Source: Octopus sinensis
Lineage: Eukaryota
DNA length: 64,000 nt
Direction: 5' to 3'
Assembly: GCF_006345805.1 (NCBI RefSeq)
Contig: NC_043013.1
Coordinates: 36,518,001 to 36,582,000 of the forward strand
The stretch's first letter is position 1; every line of letters begins with the position of its first letter. Under the pieces are notes generated by a model that saw only the letters and a program-made list of their open reading frames with translations, was not told the DNA's origin and made no database searches. Made by a program: the position numbers and the translations under genes. Shown in pieces: positions 1 through 13,574 of the stretch.

Positions 1-211
1 CCATTTCACTCCTGTTTTTCCCTTCAGCATATTCATTTTCACGATTCACTGCTTTGAATGTTACTGCTCCACTTTATATTTCTACACTTTTCAATCTCAT
101 GCTTTTACTTGTCTGATTCCCCATCTCATTTGTTTGTTCACCTTGTCATCGTCTCATATCCTTTCTCGTTATTTTTTTGAGATTTACATCTCTTTATCAC
201 TGTATCTGTTT

Positions 212-212
<1 letters not shown>

Positions 213-254
<42 letters not shown>

Positions 255-531
255 CATAGTGTATATAAATGTATGCATGTATGCATGATAATGATGATGA
301 CGATGACGATGTTAATGACAGCGATGATGATGATGATGATGATAATGACGACGATGATGATGATGATGACAATGATGACGATGATGATGACGATGATGAT
401 GATGATGGGACATTGATGATGATGATGATGGTGATGGTGACAATGATGATGATGATGATGGCGATGACAATGATGGTGACGACAATGATGATGATGATGT
501 TTGTGATGACGATTTTGATGATGATGATGAT
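213..531. repeat. (CA)n followed by a compound (GAT/GAC)n microsatellite
   Basis: Seen directly; explains the poly-H/T/M/D/S ORFs at 177-587. Confidence 0.95.
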
Positions 532-964
532 GTGTTGGGAAACACTTGCTGCTCTGCAGATTCAAGAGTAGCCCCATGCATTACCATATTTCTGTTGAAC
601 TACAACATTTCTGCTCCTATTCGTTTTGAAAAATAACAAAGAATTTACCGAAATAACTTTGTCTTTATTAAGTCAGTGTTTGGAACATAAATTTGCATGA
701 AATTTTGATAGAAGGTTCTAATTTAGATCACTTTACAATAAGAGGTTCGTATCATAGAACCATGTGTGGGTTTGTATGAGAAGGGTCAAAGAAAATTTAA
801 AGCAACTGAAAGTGAATTTAATCCACAATTTAGTCTTAGGAGCTTTTAACGCTCACTTGCACAAACTATGAGTGCTGTTATAAGTCAAATAGTTTTGAGG
901 AAAGGAGCACTAGAGTAGAAGACTACACTCTACCCCAAAGCAAAGAACACATCATACAGTCTGT

Positions 965-1690
965 CATCATCATCATCATCGTTTAACGTCCACTTTCCAT
1001 GCTAGCATGGGTTGGACGATTTTGACTGAGGGCTGGCGAACCAAATGCTGCAACAGGCTCCAATCTTGATCTGGCAGAGGTTTCTACAGCTGGATGCCTT
1101 CCTAATGCCAAACACTCTGAGAGTGTAGTGGGTGCATTTTACATGCCACCGGCATGAGGGTCAGTCAGGTGGCACTGGCAATGACCATGCTCAAATGGTG
1201 CTTTTTACAGGCCACCAGCATGGGAGCCAGTCAGGCAGCACTGGCATTGACCACACTCGAATGGTGTTTTTTTATGTGCCACCAGCACTGGAGCCAGTCA
1301 GGCGGCACTGGCATTGACCACGCTCGAATAGTGCTTTTTTATGTGCCACAAGTACGGGAGTCAGTCAGGCAGCACTGGCATTGACCACGCTCGAATAGTG
1401 CTTTTTTATATGCCACCAGCACGGGACCCAGTCAGGCAACACTGGCAACAACCACACAATCAAATGTTGCTTTTTTACATGCCTCTGGTACGGGAGCCAG
1501 TTAAGTGACACTAGCAATGACCATGTTCGAATGGTGCTTTTTATGTGCCACCGGCATGGGTGCCAGTCAGGCAGTACTGGCATCGGCCACAACAATACTT
1601 CACTTGACTCAACAGGTCTTCGCAAGCACAGTTCGTTGCCCAATGATTGAAGGGTACTCTTAAATGGGCCAGTTATGCTGCACTGGCATA
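965..1690 (-). mobile_element. (GAT)n-tailed repeat with RTE-like 3' end and internal ~65-bp tandem units
   Basis: Reverse complement ends ...ccaacccatgctagcatggaaagtggacgttaaacgatgatgatg. The same tail recurs at ~13.2, 16.7, 16.9, 20.1 and 23.2 kb. About 7 diverged units (gtgc-ttttt-atgtgccacc...gccagtcaggc.gcactggca.tgacca.gctcgaat) lie at 1132-1590. Confidence 0.75.
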
Positions 1691-2187
1691 GGCCACGGTT
1701 ACTAGAAACAAGTCTTTTGAACCTGTCATCTCTGCTGTAGGTCCGAGGTTAGTCTTGCTGACTGTAGCAAAATCAAAAAGAAATATTAAAAACACAAAAA
1801 ATGCTAAAAAAAAAAAAATCAAGCAGTTATGCTGATACAAAAAACAAAAAGATAAAATGTAATACATTTAACTGAACTGGTTAAGTCTAGACATAAGCCC
1901 TTTCTTCATTAAAGGGTCTGTCAGCTGTTATAATTTAGTGTGATTTGTTTTTATTAATTTTATCAATTTTTACCTAATTTCTCTCAATTTTGTCATATTT
2001 TATCAGATTTTATCAACAGTTTATCAATTCTATTTTATTTTCATTTAGTTTTTATGAACTTTTATGAATTATTCTTGACCCTGTTTTAGTGAGTGCATAT
2101 ACATAGCTCTTAATACAGGGTCCATCACAATATCTCTCTCTCTCTCTCACACACACACACATATACATGCATATAATATATATATAA

Positions 2188-2240
<53 letters not shown>

Positions 2241-2266
2241 GTATATATATATATATATAGTATATA

Positions 2267-2329
<63 letters not shown>

Positions 2330-2623
2330 TATATATACATATCGATATATATACATATATATATATATATAATATATATATATATTATATATAACACACA
2401 CTCACATATATATGTATGTATATATACATATAATGTATATATATATTATCTACACACACACACTATGTATTTTATATATATATACAACACATACACACAC
2501 CCATAATGTGTTACAAACACACACATATTATACACACACACACACATCTCTCTCTCACTTTCTCTGTATATATATATGTACATACCTACATATATACAAC
2601 ATATATGTATATATGATACATAC

Positions 2624-2656
<33 letters not shown>

Positions 2657-2777
2657 GATATATAATATATATATTTGCATATGAATATGATATTATGTAA
2701 TATATATATATATAATATGTATGTACATACAATTGCATGCATATATATATATGTATACATGTATATACTTGGAGATA

Positions 2778-2811
<34 letters not shown>

Positions 2812-3183
2812 TAAGAGAGGCATGCAATGAGTACCTTTCTGATATTATTGCAAATGTCAGAGTAGAAATTGGAAAGAGGCAGTAAAATGGTATCAGATGT
2901 AAAATCTTACCAAAACAACTCAAAATTAATCGGCAGCCATTCTTAGAATTGACAGTTTATGACTTCCAAATCACACCCACAACCCACATACATACACAGA
3001 CACACACACTCACATATAAATATGAATACACACATTTGCATTCATCTGTATATGTAATGTATATATTCATATACATCAACACATATAAGGATATTCACAT
3101 GTGTGTGTGCGTGTGTGTGTGTGTGTTTTAGACTGTATGTGTGTGATCACAGACACATACATATGTACAGATGCACACATACG

Positions 3184-3214
<31 letters not shown>

Positions 3215-3269
3215 TTGGGGGAAAATTGAAATTTATAAATGGTATCTACATTAACCTATCTGCATATGA

Positions 3270-3790
3270 CTGTATGGTAAGAAGCTCGCTTTCTAACATG
3301 GTTCCAGTTCAGTTCCATGGTGTATAGCACCTTGAGCAAATGTCTTATTCTATAGCCTTGGGCTGACCAAAGTCTTGAGGGTGGCTTTGGTACAGAGAAA
3401 ATCGAAGCCCATCATACATATAATATATATATTTATATATATTATGTATTATATATATATGTATATCTATATGTATAATATACTATGGAATATATATAGA
3501 ATATATATATCTAATATGATGTAATATATGTATAGGTTATTTATATAGCATATATTTAAATCGTGTGTCCTTGGTGTCTGTAAATTTGGATCCCATCATC
3601 AATTTTGACAACCAGTGTTAGGGTGTTGTGGTGTTTGGGTGTTTACATCCCTGTAACTTAGTGGTTCAGCAAAAGAGGTCAATAGAATATGTGCCAGGCT
3701 TAGAAAATATTATGTAGTGGGATCGATTCATTCTGCTAAAAATTTCTTCAAGGCAGTGCTCCAGAATTACCACAGTGAAAGAGAAAAACG
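3270..3790 (+). mobile_element. Degenerate CORE-type tRNA-derived SINE, split by (TA)n
   Basis: accttgagcaaatgtcttattctatagcc core and family 3' part (ttcagcaaaagag...atagaata...ccagaattaccacag) match the better copies at 28281 and 60353. Confidence 0.7.
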
Positions 3791-3953
3791 GTATATGAGA
3801 ATGCATCAGAGCGGTATGTAAATGATGAGGATTGCAGTATTTAATTCTTTAAGGTCATTCAATTTTTCTCAACTGGTCAATTAATGAACCGATAATAACT
3901 GTCAACAGCAGCTGTATGTTGAATTTACTACAATAAAGGAAAATGTAATGGGC

Positions 3954-3989
<36 letters not shown>

Positions 3990-4013
3990 TGTGTGTCTGT
4001 GAGTGTATATATA

Positions 4014-4720
4014 CAGGGTGTGGTAAATAAACTTTCGTCTATGTCAGGCAAAAAGGAAAATAGCATTGACATCACATTTTAACAGATATATTTACCAAAA
4101 TCACATAAAAATATCTTGAAATACTAAAGAGTAAATTTATTCCATAAAATCGCCATTGGCTTCAACCATGGCTTCCAGACGACTTAGGAATCTTTTGCAA
4201 CTCTTCTGGAAAGTTGCTTTGTTTAATTCGGTGAATGCCGCTATAATCCTTGCCTTCGATTCATACAAGGAGTTTTGCTGGTCTCTCATGCATCTGCACC
4301 TCACACATAATAATCAAGTGGGTTGCAGTCTGGGCATGTGGTCTAGAAATTGTCTGACAGCCATGACTAGGTTATCCTGCTTGTGTGGCATGGTGCAGAG
4401 TCCTGTTGCCAGATACAGGGTCTTCCAGCAGCCACCCTCCTGGACACAAGGCAGCACTACATTATCCAGGCACTTGATGTAGGCCTCTGTGTTGAGTCTG
4501 AGGCTGTGTGGGAAGATGAATGGAGGCATAACATCGTTATCAATTGTATTCACTCCAAACACCATGATGTTGACTGGATGTTTGATTTTTATAACTCTCA
4601 GTACATGTCCTCAGACTGACACCAAAAGACTCTGAAATGTTCATATTGGATCTTTCGGTGCGAATGGCAAGCAGTATGGCATGTCTTTCCAAATTTCTGG
4701 CAAAGTGAATTGCATCATGG
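4014..4720 (-). mobile_element. Tc1/mariner (maT/DD37D-like) transposase pseudogene with one terminus
   Basis: Minus-strand translation with stops and frameshifts: MVFGV..DNDVMPPFIFPHSLRLNTEAYIKCL..VVLP / RVAAGRPCIWQQDSAPCHTSR / PDCNPLDYYV*GA / KARIIAAFTELNKATFQKSCKRFLSRLEAMVEANGDFME*. TA|CAGGGTG terminus at 4012-4020. Confidence 0.85.
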
Positions 4721-5196
4721 TGTGTTTATATATGTGTATATATACATATACATATATATTTATATTTATATATATAAAATTATGAATTAAGGTATCTACG
4801 AGATACCACCATGCTGAAAATAGCAGCCATGATCTGACTCTAAAACCACCTTAATTATCCATGTCGTAACAAAGAGACAAGATGAAACTAGTAAAAAATT
4901 TCTGGATTATTCTAGATCCCGGATTTCTGGCTTTAAAGCTTGTCAGTGGTGACTACTGTATGTGTGTGTGTGTGTATATATATATAATATATATAGTCAA
5001 TAGATGAGCTCCAGAGATGCTCAGTATAGAAAAGATGTAGTGGTCCTCAAATGATTTGAATTTATACTCCAAACTTTTTACCAAGGGCTAAGTCAGCAGG
5101 GTGGCTATGAGGGGAATCCAGCTGAGCAGATATGAAGATAATTATGTGAATAAACAAATAAAACCATTTGGGTTATATACATTAAATATACATACA

Positions 5197-5327
5197 TATA
5201 GGCGCAGGAGTAAGCAACTTACAACATGGTTCCGGGTTCAAGTCCCACTGCATGGCACCTTAGGCAAGTGTCTTCTATTATAGCCTCGGAGTGGATTTGG
5301 TAAACAGAAACTGAAAGAAGCCTGTGT

Positions 5328-5372
<45 letters not shown>

Positions 5373-5530
5373 TGAGTGTGTTTGTTTATGTATCTCTGCC
5401 CCCCCCCCTTCCCCAGAATAAGTACTAGGCTTACAAAGAATAAATCTTGGGGTCAGTTTGTTCAACTAAAAGCAGTGCTCCAGCATGGCCGCAGTCAAAT
5501 GACTGAAACAAATAGAAGAATAAAAAAATA
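5197..5530 (+). mobile_element. CORE-type SINE, internally deleted copy
   Basis: ggcgcaggag head, gggttcaagtcccactgcatggcaccttaggcaagtgtcttct core and ctccagcatggccgcagtcaaatgactgaaac tail. Confidence 0.85.
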
Positions 5531-6099
5531 AAAGAATAAAAGTATATTCATGTAAAGAAAGAGAGCCAAAAACTGAAAATATTCAGAAGATGAATATTCA
5601 TGAATAAATGTTTAGATAGTTATATATTAACAGAGCACACTTACACAGAGTACAGACACAGAAAGTTAAAGAGAGAAAGTATGGTGTTACAGGAGCGACA
5701 GCTGTTTCTGGAGGCGTGGAATTATTTCATAATGTTGACAAATGTAGTTCGCAAAGAGTTGAGGTTATGCAACTAGTAGTGGTTGCATATATATACATGA
5801 GTGTGTGTTTTTGTGTGTTGTGTGTGTGTGTGTGTGTGTGTGTGAGAGTGTGTGTGTTTATGTCTGTGTTTGTCCCCCACCACCACTTGATAACCGGTGT
5901 TGGTGTGTTTAAATTACCATGACTTATCAGTTTGGTAAAAGAGACCAGTAGAATAAGTACTAGGCTGTTTTTTTTAAGAAGAAAGGAGTATTTTGGTTGC
6001 TTCATTTGAAAAATTCTTCAAGGCAGTGCCCCAGCATGGCCACAGTCTAATGACTGAAACAAGTGAAAATTTAAAAGAAAAAGGAGTTCGGTATCTCTA

Positions 6100-6683
6100 C
6101 ATCATCGTAGCTCCATCCAGGCCCATCTACTTGCAAAATTACCTACCTGTCTGTCTATCTCATGTCAGCTTGTCTGTCTGTCTGTCTATCAGTCTGCTTG
6201 TCTGTCTGTCTCACTGTCTGTCTGTCTCACTGTCTGACTGGCTGGCTGATTGTCTCTTTATCTATCTGACCAGTCCGCCAGCAATCCAAATAGCCAGCCT
6301 GCCAGCCAGCCAGCCAACCAGCCCAGCCAGCTGACCAGCCGACCAGCCTGCCAGCTAGCCAGTTGGCATAGCTGACCGGCTCTCCATCCATTTTATGCAT
6401 CTACATCCCTTAGTGTTCCCTTCATTAACTCCCTTACATACGTACAAACGTAAACACACACACACACACACACACACATACACACACTGGTACACGTTTC
6501 TATATCTTAACAGCACCTCTCCCTCCTCTAACTCTCCGAGTAATTCCATTGACCACTTACATTTTACATACCATTTCTCCTGCCACCACCACCACCACCA
6601 CTGCATTTCCTCACCCCCTTGCTGCACCCTGCCATTTAACCTTGGCTTTCCTCTATCTTTCACTCTTCCTTACTTCACCACTT

Positions 6684-6716
<33 letters not shown>

Positions 6717-7064
6717 CTTTATTTCTTCCTCGTTCCTTATCTTCCGCTGTCTCTCTCCTTTCACTCTGTCACTCTTTATTGCTCGCCTCTCTCTCTCTCT
6801 CTCTCTTTCTCTCTCTTTCTCCCTCTTTCTCTCTCTTTCTTGCCTCTTTATTTGCCTCTCTCATTTTCTCACTGCTTTGAAATTTTTTCCTTCTTTCTGC
6901 ATAGCGTAACTCTCCTCCTCCTCCTCTTTCTCCTCCTCCTTCTTCTCCTCCTCCTCATCCTCCTCATCATCATCATGGTTGTCATCATCATCGTCATCAG
7001 CATCACCATCATCACCATATCATCATCATCATCATCATCATCATCATTTTTTTCTTTTTCTTAC

Positions 7065-7103
<39 letters not shown>

Positions 7104-7345
7104 GACTACCACCACCACCACACCACCACCACCACCACCACCACACTACTACTACTACTATACTACTACTACCACCACCACCACCACCACCACGAATGTC
7201 CACTGCATCCTTCTGCTATGGCATATGCCTACCTCACCCTGCCACTCAAGTTTCCCAGAGTCACCACCATCTTCATAATCAGCAACATCACCATTACAGT
7301 CAACATCAATAACAACACAACCACCACCACCACCACCACCACTAA
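6100..7345. repeat. Compound simple-repeat block: (CTGT)n, (CCAG)n, (CA)n, (CTA)n, (CT)n, (CAT)n, (CAC)n
   Basis: Seen directly. Confidence 0.9.
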
Positions 7346-7839
7346 CGCTACCATCATCCATCGAGGAAAAATCTATGTGGTTGTTTGACCTGCTAAAAAC
7401 TGTAGTCAAATCTCCCTTTCTGCCCTCTAATCACATCCTACAGGCAGACGCATTGGTCAATGGTATTTCTAGATACTCTTTAAATAAGAAAAACAAACTG
7501 GATGGTCCTAGTTGGAAAGCCTTTGGACATAGGCATGTTCTTGCTAAATCTAGGCTGAACTGTGGCTAAACTGCAATGACAGCAGCTCAGTAGCAGCAGC
7601 AGCAGCAGCAGCAGCAAGCAGCACCAGCACCAGCACCATCGCCATCGTCGTGACCACTGCTATGGCCATTAACACCACCACCATCCTCGCCATCACCACC
7701 ATCTTTATAGGGAGAAAGAAAGATACAAAAAAAAAAAAAGCGGAAGAATCCAGGGGAAAAAAAAATCAATACATTACAAAGTGAGCTTAAGATGGAAGAT
7801 GTGGATGGGGGGGTGGAGAGGAATTGAGAGTCTAGAGAA

Positions 7840-8096
7840 GGGTGGTGGTGGTGGTGGTTACGTGTGAGAGGGAGGGTGATAGAGAGAGAGAGAGAGAGAG
7901 ATACAGAGAGTAAGAGAAAGATTTAGAGAGAGTGGCAAGTAGGAGTAAGAGGTAGGGAGAAACAGATAGATAGATAGAGAGAAAGAGAGGGCGTAAAAGT
8001 AGAAACTGGAGGTGAAGAGGATATGCTGTGTAGAGGAAAATATATATATATGTATGTATATATATACATAATATATATATCATATATATATATATG

Positions 8097-8151
<55 letters not shown>

Positions 8152-8223
8152 TTATATATATATATAATGTATATATATATATATATGTATATATGTATAT
8201 ATATATATGATATATATATATTA

Positions 8224-8257
<34 letters not shown>

Positions 8258-8600
8258 GTATATATATATAGATGTATATATAATATATATAATGTGGTGG
8301 TGGTAGGGTAGAGGTAGGAAGAGGTGGGAGTATGTGTGTATGTGTGTATATACATATATATATATATATATAATATATAATATATATATATATATATGGT
8401 GGAAATGTGTTGTGTGAGGAGGAGTGGTTGTAGCTATTATCATGATGGTGGTAGCATTGGTGACATAATAAGCAATGGTGGCAGTGGTTGTGGTGGTGGT
8501 GGTGATGGTGCTACTTTTTGTGATTGCAGTGGCATTGATGGTAGCGACGGCGACAGCGGTGGTATTGGTGGTGTAATTCTCTGTGGTATTGTTGTTGTTA
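7840..8600. repeat. (GA)n, long (TA)n and (GGT)n low-complexity block
   Basis: Seen directly. Confidence 0.9.
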
Positions 8601-10149
8601 TTCAACCTCAGGTCAGTATTGACCGGGCAAACCACCTATGATCAAAAACCTTTCCAGATGTGACCACCCAGTCATTTATTTCAAACATAATTTATCAAGA
8701 ACTACATTGTCCAATGTAGTCGCCTTTTCTTTTCTGTTTTTTTTTCTTCTTTTTTTTATTCTAAACACAATAATTTTATGAAGAGATTTGGCTGCTATTT
8801 CTCATCTTTAATAAAAAATGCCAGTGGGGATGAATGGAGATGGTGATGAAGGTGGTGGTGGTAGTGCTGGTGGTGCTGGTGATGGTAGTGGTGATGGTGG
8901 TGGCGGTTGCTTTTGTTGTTTAGCCCCAAGTAAACACTTATTAAACAGATCCCTTTGATCAACTGTATTCCAATGATGACCACCCTATTGTGCAAGGAAT
9001 ATAATAACACCATTATCCGTGCCCTGAAAAAAAACACACAAAAAATAGACAAAATAAAGCAGATTTAGCTGCTTTTTCTAGCAGGTCAAGTTATTATATA
9101 AAGGGATTCATTGTTGACTCCTATTGCAGTTGTTTAACCCCTGGTCAATCCTGGCTGAGGAGACCTATGATAAAAGATGTTCTATTCATGACTGACCAGT
9201 CCTAAAAAAAAGAACCTGCATGATTTGGGGAAGATTTAGCTGCTATTTCTAGTAGATAAAAGAAGTCATATAAAGTGTTCTTTCATTGGGTTAAAATTGC
9301 TGTTACTGTTATATGTGTTATTTAACCCTTGGTTAGACCTGATCGAGTTGACAGACTTATGATCAAAAGTAGTCCTACCATGACCATCCTAACTTTTTTT
9401 GTTTGGTGGTAGGGAACATTACGTTATTCAAATCCAAATCCAAATCATTCTTAAAAAAACGAAAATACAAAAAAAGTACAAAAAGAAACAATATACAAAA
9501 AGAAAAACACAAAAAAATGAAGAAAAAAACAGAATTAAAAAATTACAGAAAGAAACAATATATAAAAGGCAAAATACAAAAAAGGAAGAAAATGGAAATA
9601 CAAAAATACAAAAAAAAAAACAGTATACAAAAAGAATACAAAACAGAATGAAAAAAAAAACGGTAATACAAAAATTATGAAATTGCAAGAAAAAAAACAA
9701 ATGATGCTAAAGGTGGATTTGAGGGAGATTTGGCTACTATTTTCAGCATGTTGAACAAACGCACACACAAAAAAAACACTCTCTCCTTAACTCTTGATGC
9801 TTCTAAGTGCTTGTAGTAGTAGTAGTAGTAGTAGTCGTAATAGTAATGTTGCTATGTGTATTGGAAGTTGTGATGGTGGTGGTGTGGTGGGGTGGTGGGT
9901 AAGGACAGAGTGCAAGGTGTAGAGATGGGTGACGTATAAAGGAAGATGTGTTCAGTCCATCTTCCACATTGAGCAGGTTTTATTTATTTATTTGGTTCTT
10001 TTTTTTGTTTGTGTTATTTGTTTTGATTGTTTTAGAATTCTTTTTTTCTCCCCTTCACACACACTGTCTCTCTCTCTCTCCTTTCTCTCTCTTGCTTTTT
10101 TCTTCTCCATCCACACCTAGGTATTACTTCACCTCTCTACATATACTCA

Positions 10150-10720
10150 AGAGGTGTTTGGTGATGGTCATTGTGGTGGCGGTAGTGTTGGTGGTTGTGG
10201 TGGTGTTGGTGGTGTTGGTGGTGATGGTGGTGGTGGTGGTGGTGTTGGTGGTGGTGGTGGTGGCTGTGGTGGTGGTGGTTGTGGTGGGGATTTTGTTGAT
10301 CACAATGGTGATGGTGATGGTGATGGTGGTCATGGTCCTTGTGGTGGTGGTGATCTTGTTGATGACGGTGGTGGTGGTGATGGTCTTATTGTTGTTTGAT
10401 GATGGTGATGGTGGTAGTGTTAGAGATAGTCCTGATGATTGTAGTGGTGGTGGTGGTTTTGTTGGTGATGATAGTGTTGGTGGTAGTAGTGGTGGTGATG
10501 GTGGGGATGATACAGTTGATGTTGATGGTGATGGAGGTGGTGGTGGTGGTGGTGGTGGTAATGATGACGATGGTAATGCTGATTTGTAAAGATGATGATG
10601 ACGCTGATGATGATGATGATGATTGTGATGATTGTGGTGATGAAGAGATAGCTGTAGGAATGACAATGCTAAAGGTCAGGCGGTGGTGGCAGCGGCAGCA
10701 GTGGTGGTGGTGGTGTTTGG
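10150..10720. repeat. (GGT/GAT)n compound microsatellite
   Basis: Seen directly. Confidence 0.9.
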
Positions 10721-11219
10721 TAAGCCAAGTGTATTGGAACGAAACCTCATGTCAATGGTGATCCTGGCTCTCTTGTCGATGTGGCTGGTGTTGGAAAGAT
10801 TGGCAGTGCATGTGGAATCACCGTGCATCTGTACACATGAACGTGCTAAGCAACACACCTCTACCTAGCATGAAACTCGTTATGGCATTTGTGCCAAAAT
10901 CTCAACTGACCACTGTGTGTAGATATGTGTGTGTGTGTGTATGAGTGTGTGCGTGTATCTGTTTGAGCAGGTATGCATATATGTATGTGTGGGAGGAGGG
11001 GTGCATATATATATTTGTATGTAATATACATATACATATATATATATAAGCACATATTTGTATTGGTACATATGTATGTGCATATGTCAGTATATACATG
11101 TATATATATATTTGTATATGTATGTGCATGTAGATAAATGTATATATGTATATCAACATCATCTTCATATGCATATACATATAACACATGCACATGTACA
11201 CACACACGCACACACAAAC

Positions 11220-11264
<45 letters not shown>

Positions 11265-11309
11265 CTTATATAGCTAGCGCCTATTTATATATAGATCTGT
11301 AGATATTAT

Positions 11310-11661
11310 ATATGTGTATATATAAGTGGATGAAGGTAGACTTCATCTTTCATGCACACTTACATTGCACATTCTGTGAAACATGCTTCATTTCACTTCA
11401 GTTTTCTCAAACCCTCAGCATTCAAGGTCCATGTTTCATTACCCTGCAGCTTCACAGTTCTAACACAAGCCTCATGCAATCTCTTCTTCACTCTGAGGGA
11501 AAAGACCTTTGTTGTCAGCAGTAGTAGTACTCTTCTGAACTTTTTCTAACCTGTTCTTGCCCTGGCTATTATACTTTCAGAGCAATTACCTCCCCTTATA
11601 CATCCAGGTAAGAACAGATAGCAACCACATCTTGTGAATCATCCAAGCATTTGAGAGAATC
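11310..11661 (-). mobile_element. RTE-clade LINE fragment (region downstream of the RT core)
   Basis: Minus strand reads RLHEACVRTVKLQGNETWTLNAEGLRKLK*NEA, a decayed form of the RTE motif recalled as RLYxACVRxxMLHGSETW. Confidence 0.65.
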
Positions 11662-11663
11662 TA

Positions 11664-12229
11664 TTGGGTTGTCCGGAAAGTTTGTGCCGATTTTTAAAGG
11701 AAAGTAAAAGGTTAATAAATACTTGCCATTACATTTTTAATCAACCAAATACGAACCATGTTGTTGCACAATGCGTCTCCATCTTTCCTTTAACTTGAAA
11801 ATACCCTCTTCCCAGAATTGAGGTGGTTTCATGGCAAAGAATTCATCAAGGTATCTTTTTACGTCATCCAAGGAATTGAAATTTTTACCATTAAGTCTAT
11901 TCTGCAGAGACCTGAATAAGTGGAAATCCAAAGGAGCAATATCTGGTGAATATGGAGGGTGGGGTAACACATCCCAGCCAAGCTGCAGCAATTTTTGTCT
12001 GGTTCCCAAAGCATCAAGTGCCGAAAATGAACTTTCTTATCTTCCATTTTAAAGGGTTACAGAATTAACACAGGTTATAGGAACATAAACCTTCTTCCAC
12101 GAAAAGATAGCTTAAACTGTGCTCTAAATGGAGGTGTAGTCAAAGCCTATTTTATGGACTCAACCATGTTCTAAAGTAAGTAGAAAGGTAAGCTACTATA
12201 AATCAGCACAAACTTTCCGGACAACCCAA
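11664..12229 (-). mobile_element. Internally deleted mariner (DD34D-type), 566 bp, with both TIRs and TA TSD
   Basis: 30-bp TIRs TTGGGTTGTCCGGAAAGTTTGTGC(C/T)GATTT (29/30 identical), flanked by TA. N-terminus MEDKKVHFRHLMLWE is joined out of frame to an intact C-terminus TRQKLLQLGWDVLPHPPYSPDIAPLDFHLFRSLQN...ERWRRIVQQHGSYLVD*. Confidence 0.95.
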
Positions 12230-12559
12230 TATTTCTGGTGTGTTCATTGTACTTACTGTTCCAGTATATTTGTCACATATGAAGTTTGCACTCTCTATTA
12301 GCCTACCAGTGATACCACTGAGTTGAGTACTTGGAGGCAATGGCAAGGAACAGCAATATCAGCCAGGTGTTCAACATGCTCCACAGAGCCCGTGCCGATC
12401 TCCTGTTCAAGACACCCTAGGTGAATGATGTCAATGGCAATAGAAACTACCCACTTCAAATCCTGGAAGGAGCCCTTCAGCCTTCTTATTCATCACCCAC
12501 CTGTCGCAATCAGTCCCAGCCTATCCATCACTGCAGACACAGCCACAACCAATGATGCG

Positions 12560-12845
12560 TGAAGATTCAATCCTGTTAACTGCTTTGAGGTTCTCAAGAA
12601 CTACAAAGCCCCTGGAATATGTGCTATCACTGTGAATATGTTGAAGACAGGTGGAAAACACATAATCCAGGTGGTCACTTGCATCATAAACCATTTGTGA
12701 GTGTCAGAGTGACTCCCAAATTACTGGACCCAAGGCATAATTCTCCCCTTCTGGAAACTGAAGGGTAACAAACTCGTTTGCAACAACCACAAGGGTATCA
12801 CCCTTATCTCATTCCTGAGAAAGCTCTTTACCAATATCCTTAATT
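12560..12845 (+). mobile_element. RTE-clade LINE reverse transcriptase N-terminal fragment (decayed)
   Basis: KAPGICAITVNMLKTGG...WTQGIILP/WKLKGNKLVCNNHKGITLISFLRKLFT resembles the RTE KAPG..GIxxPxWKxKGDxxxCxNYRGIxL motifs. Confidence 0.75.
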
Positions 12846-13574
12846 TACATGCAGTTTATGTTTACTCATTTTTTACCTTTTAAGTAGCGCCATTTACCTG
12901 AAGATCCTTGAATCCTGTCATTTTTTTCCCTATTTACTAAAATCTTAGTCATTGCTCAGTTTACTTTGACAAATCTCAATTCAAAGTTAGGCTACCAAGT
13001 CTGGAATTTCCTCTGGAATTCTCTTACCAATTCAGCAATGAAAACTAGGACATCAGCATTTAGGTGTTCCTATGAACATCAAGTCTTAGTCATCATCACC
13101 ATCATCACCATCATCACCATCACACCATCTTCTTCATCATCATCATCATCATCACCATCATTGTCATCATCACCACCACTACCTCCACCACCACCATCAT
13201 CATCTTCATCATTGTTTAATGTTTGCTTTCCATGCTGGCATGGGTTGGACAGTTTGACATAGAACTGGCCAGACTCCATTTGTCTGTTGTGGCATGGTTT
13301 CTACAGCTGGCTGCCCTTCCTAATGCCAACCACTTAACAGAGTGTGATTTGGTCAGCCCGAGGCTATAGTAGAAGACTCTTGCCCAAGGTGCCATGCAGT
13401 GGGACTGAACCCAGAACCATGTGGCTGGTAAGAAAGCTACTCACCTTACACCCACCCCATTCATGAGGACAAACATCTCTGAAAGTTTCATCTGAATCCA
13501 TTCAGTGGTTCTTGAGATATCAAACAAACATGACTGAAAACAATTCCTCTGCCTTCTCTTAGGCATAGGTAATA

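Noticed and set aside
4790-4920. gatgaaactagta, a hammerhead-like GAAA plus palindromic stem III
   Set aside because: No CUGANGA box or stem II upstream; at most a decayed remnant.
5683-5765. Plus-strand open segment ERQLFLEAWNYFIMLTNVVRKEL
   Set aside because: Weak acceptor and donor, several frames open, and no partner exon found.
9400-9700. Lys-rich ORFs
   Set aside because: A-rich degenerate repeat (aatacaaaaa-like), open in several frames.
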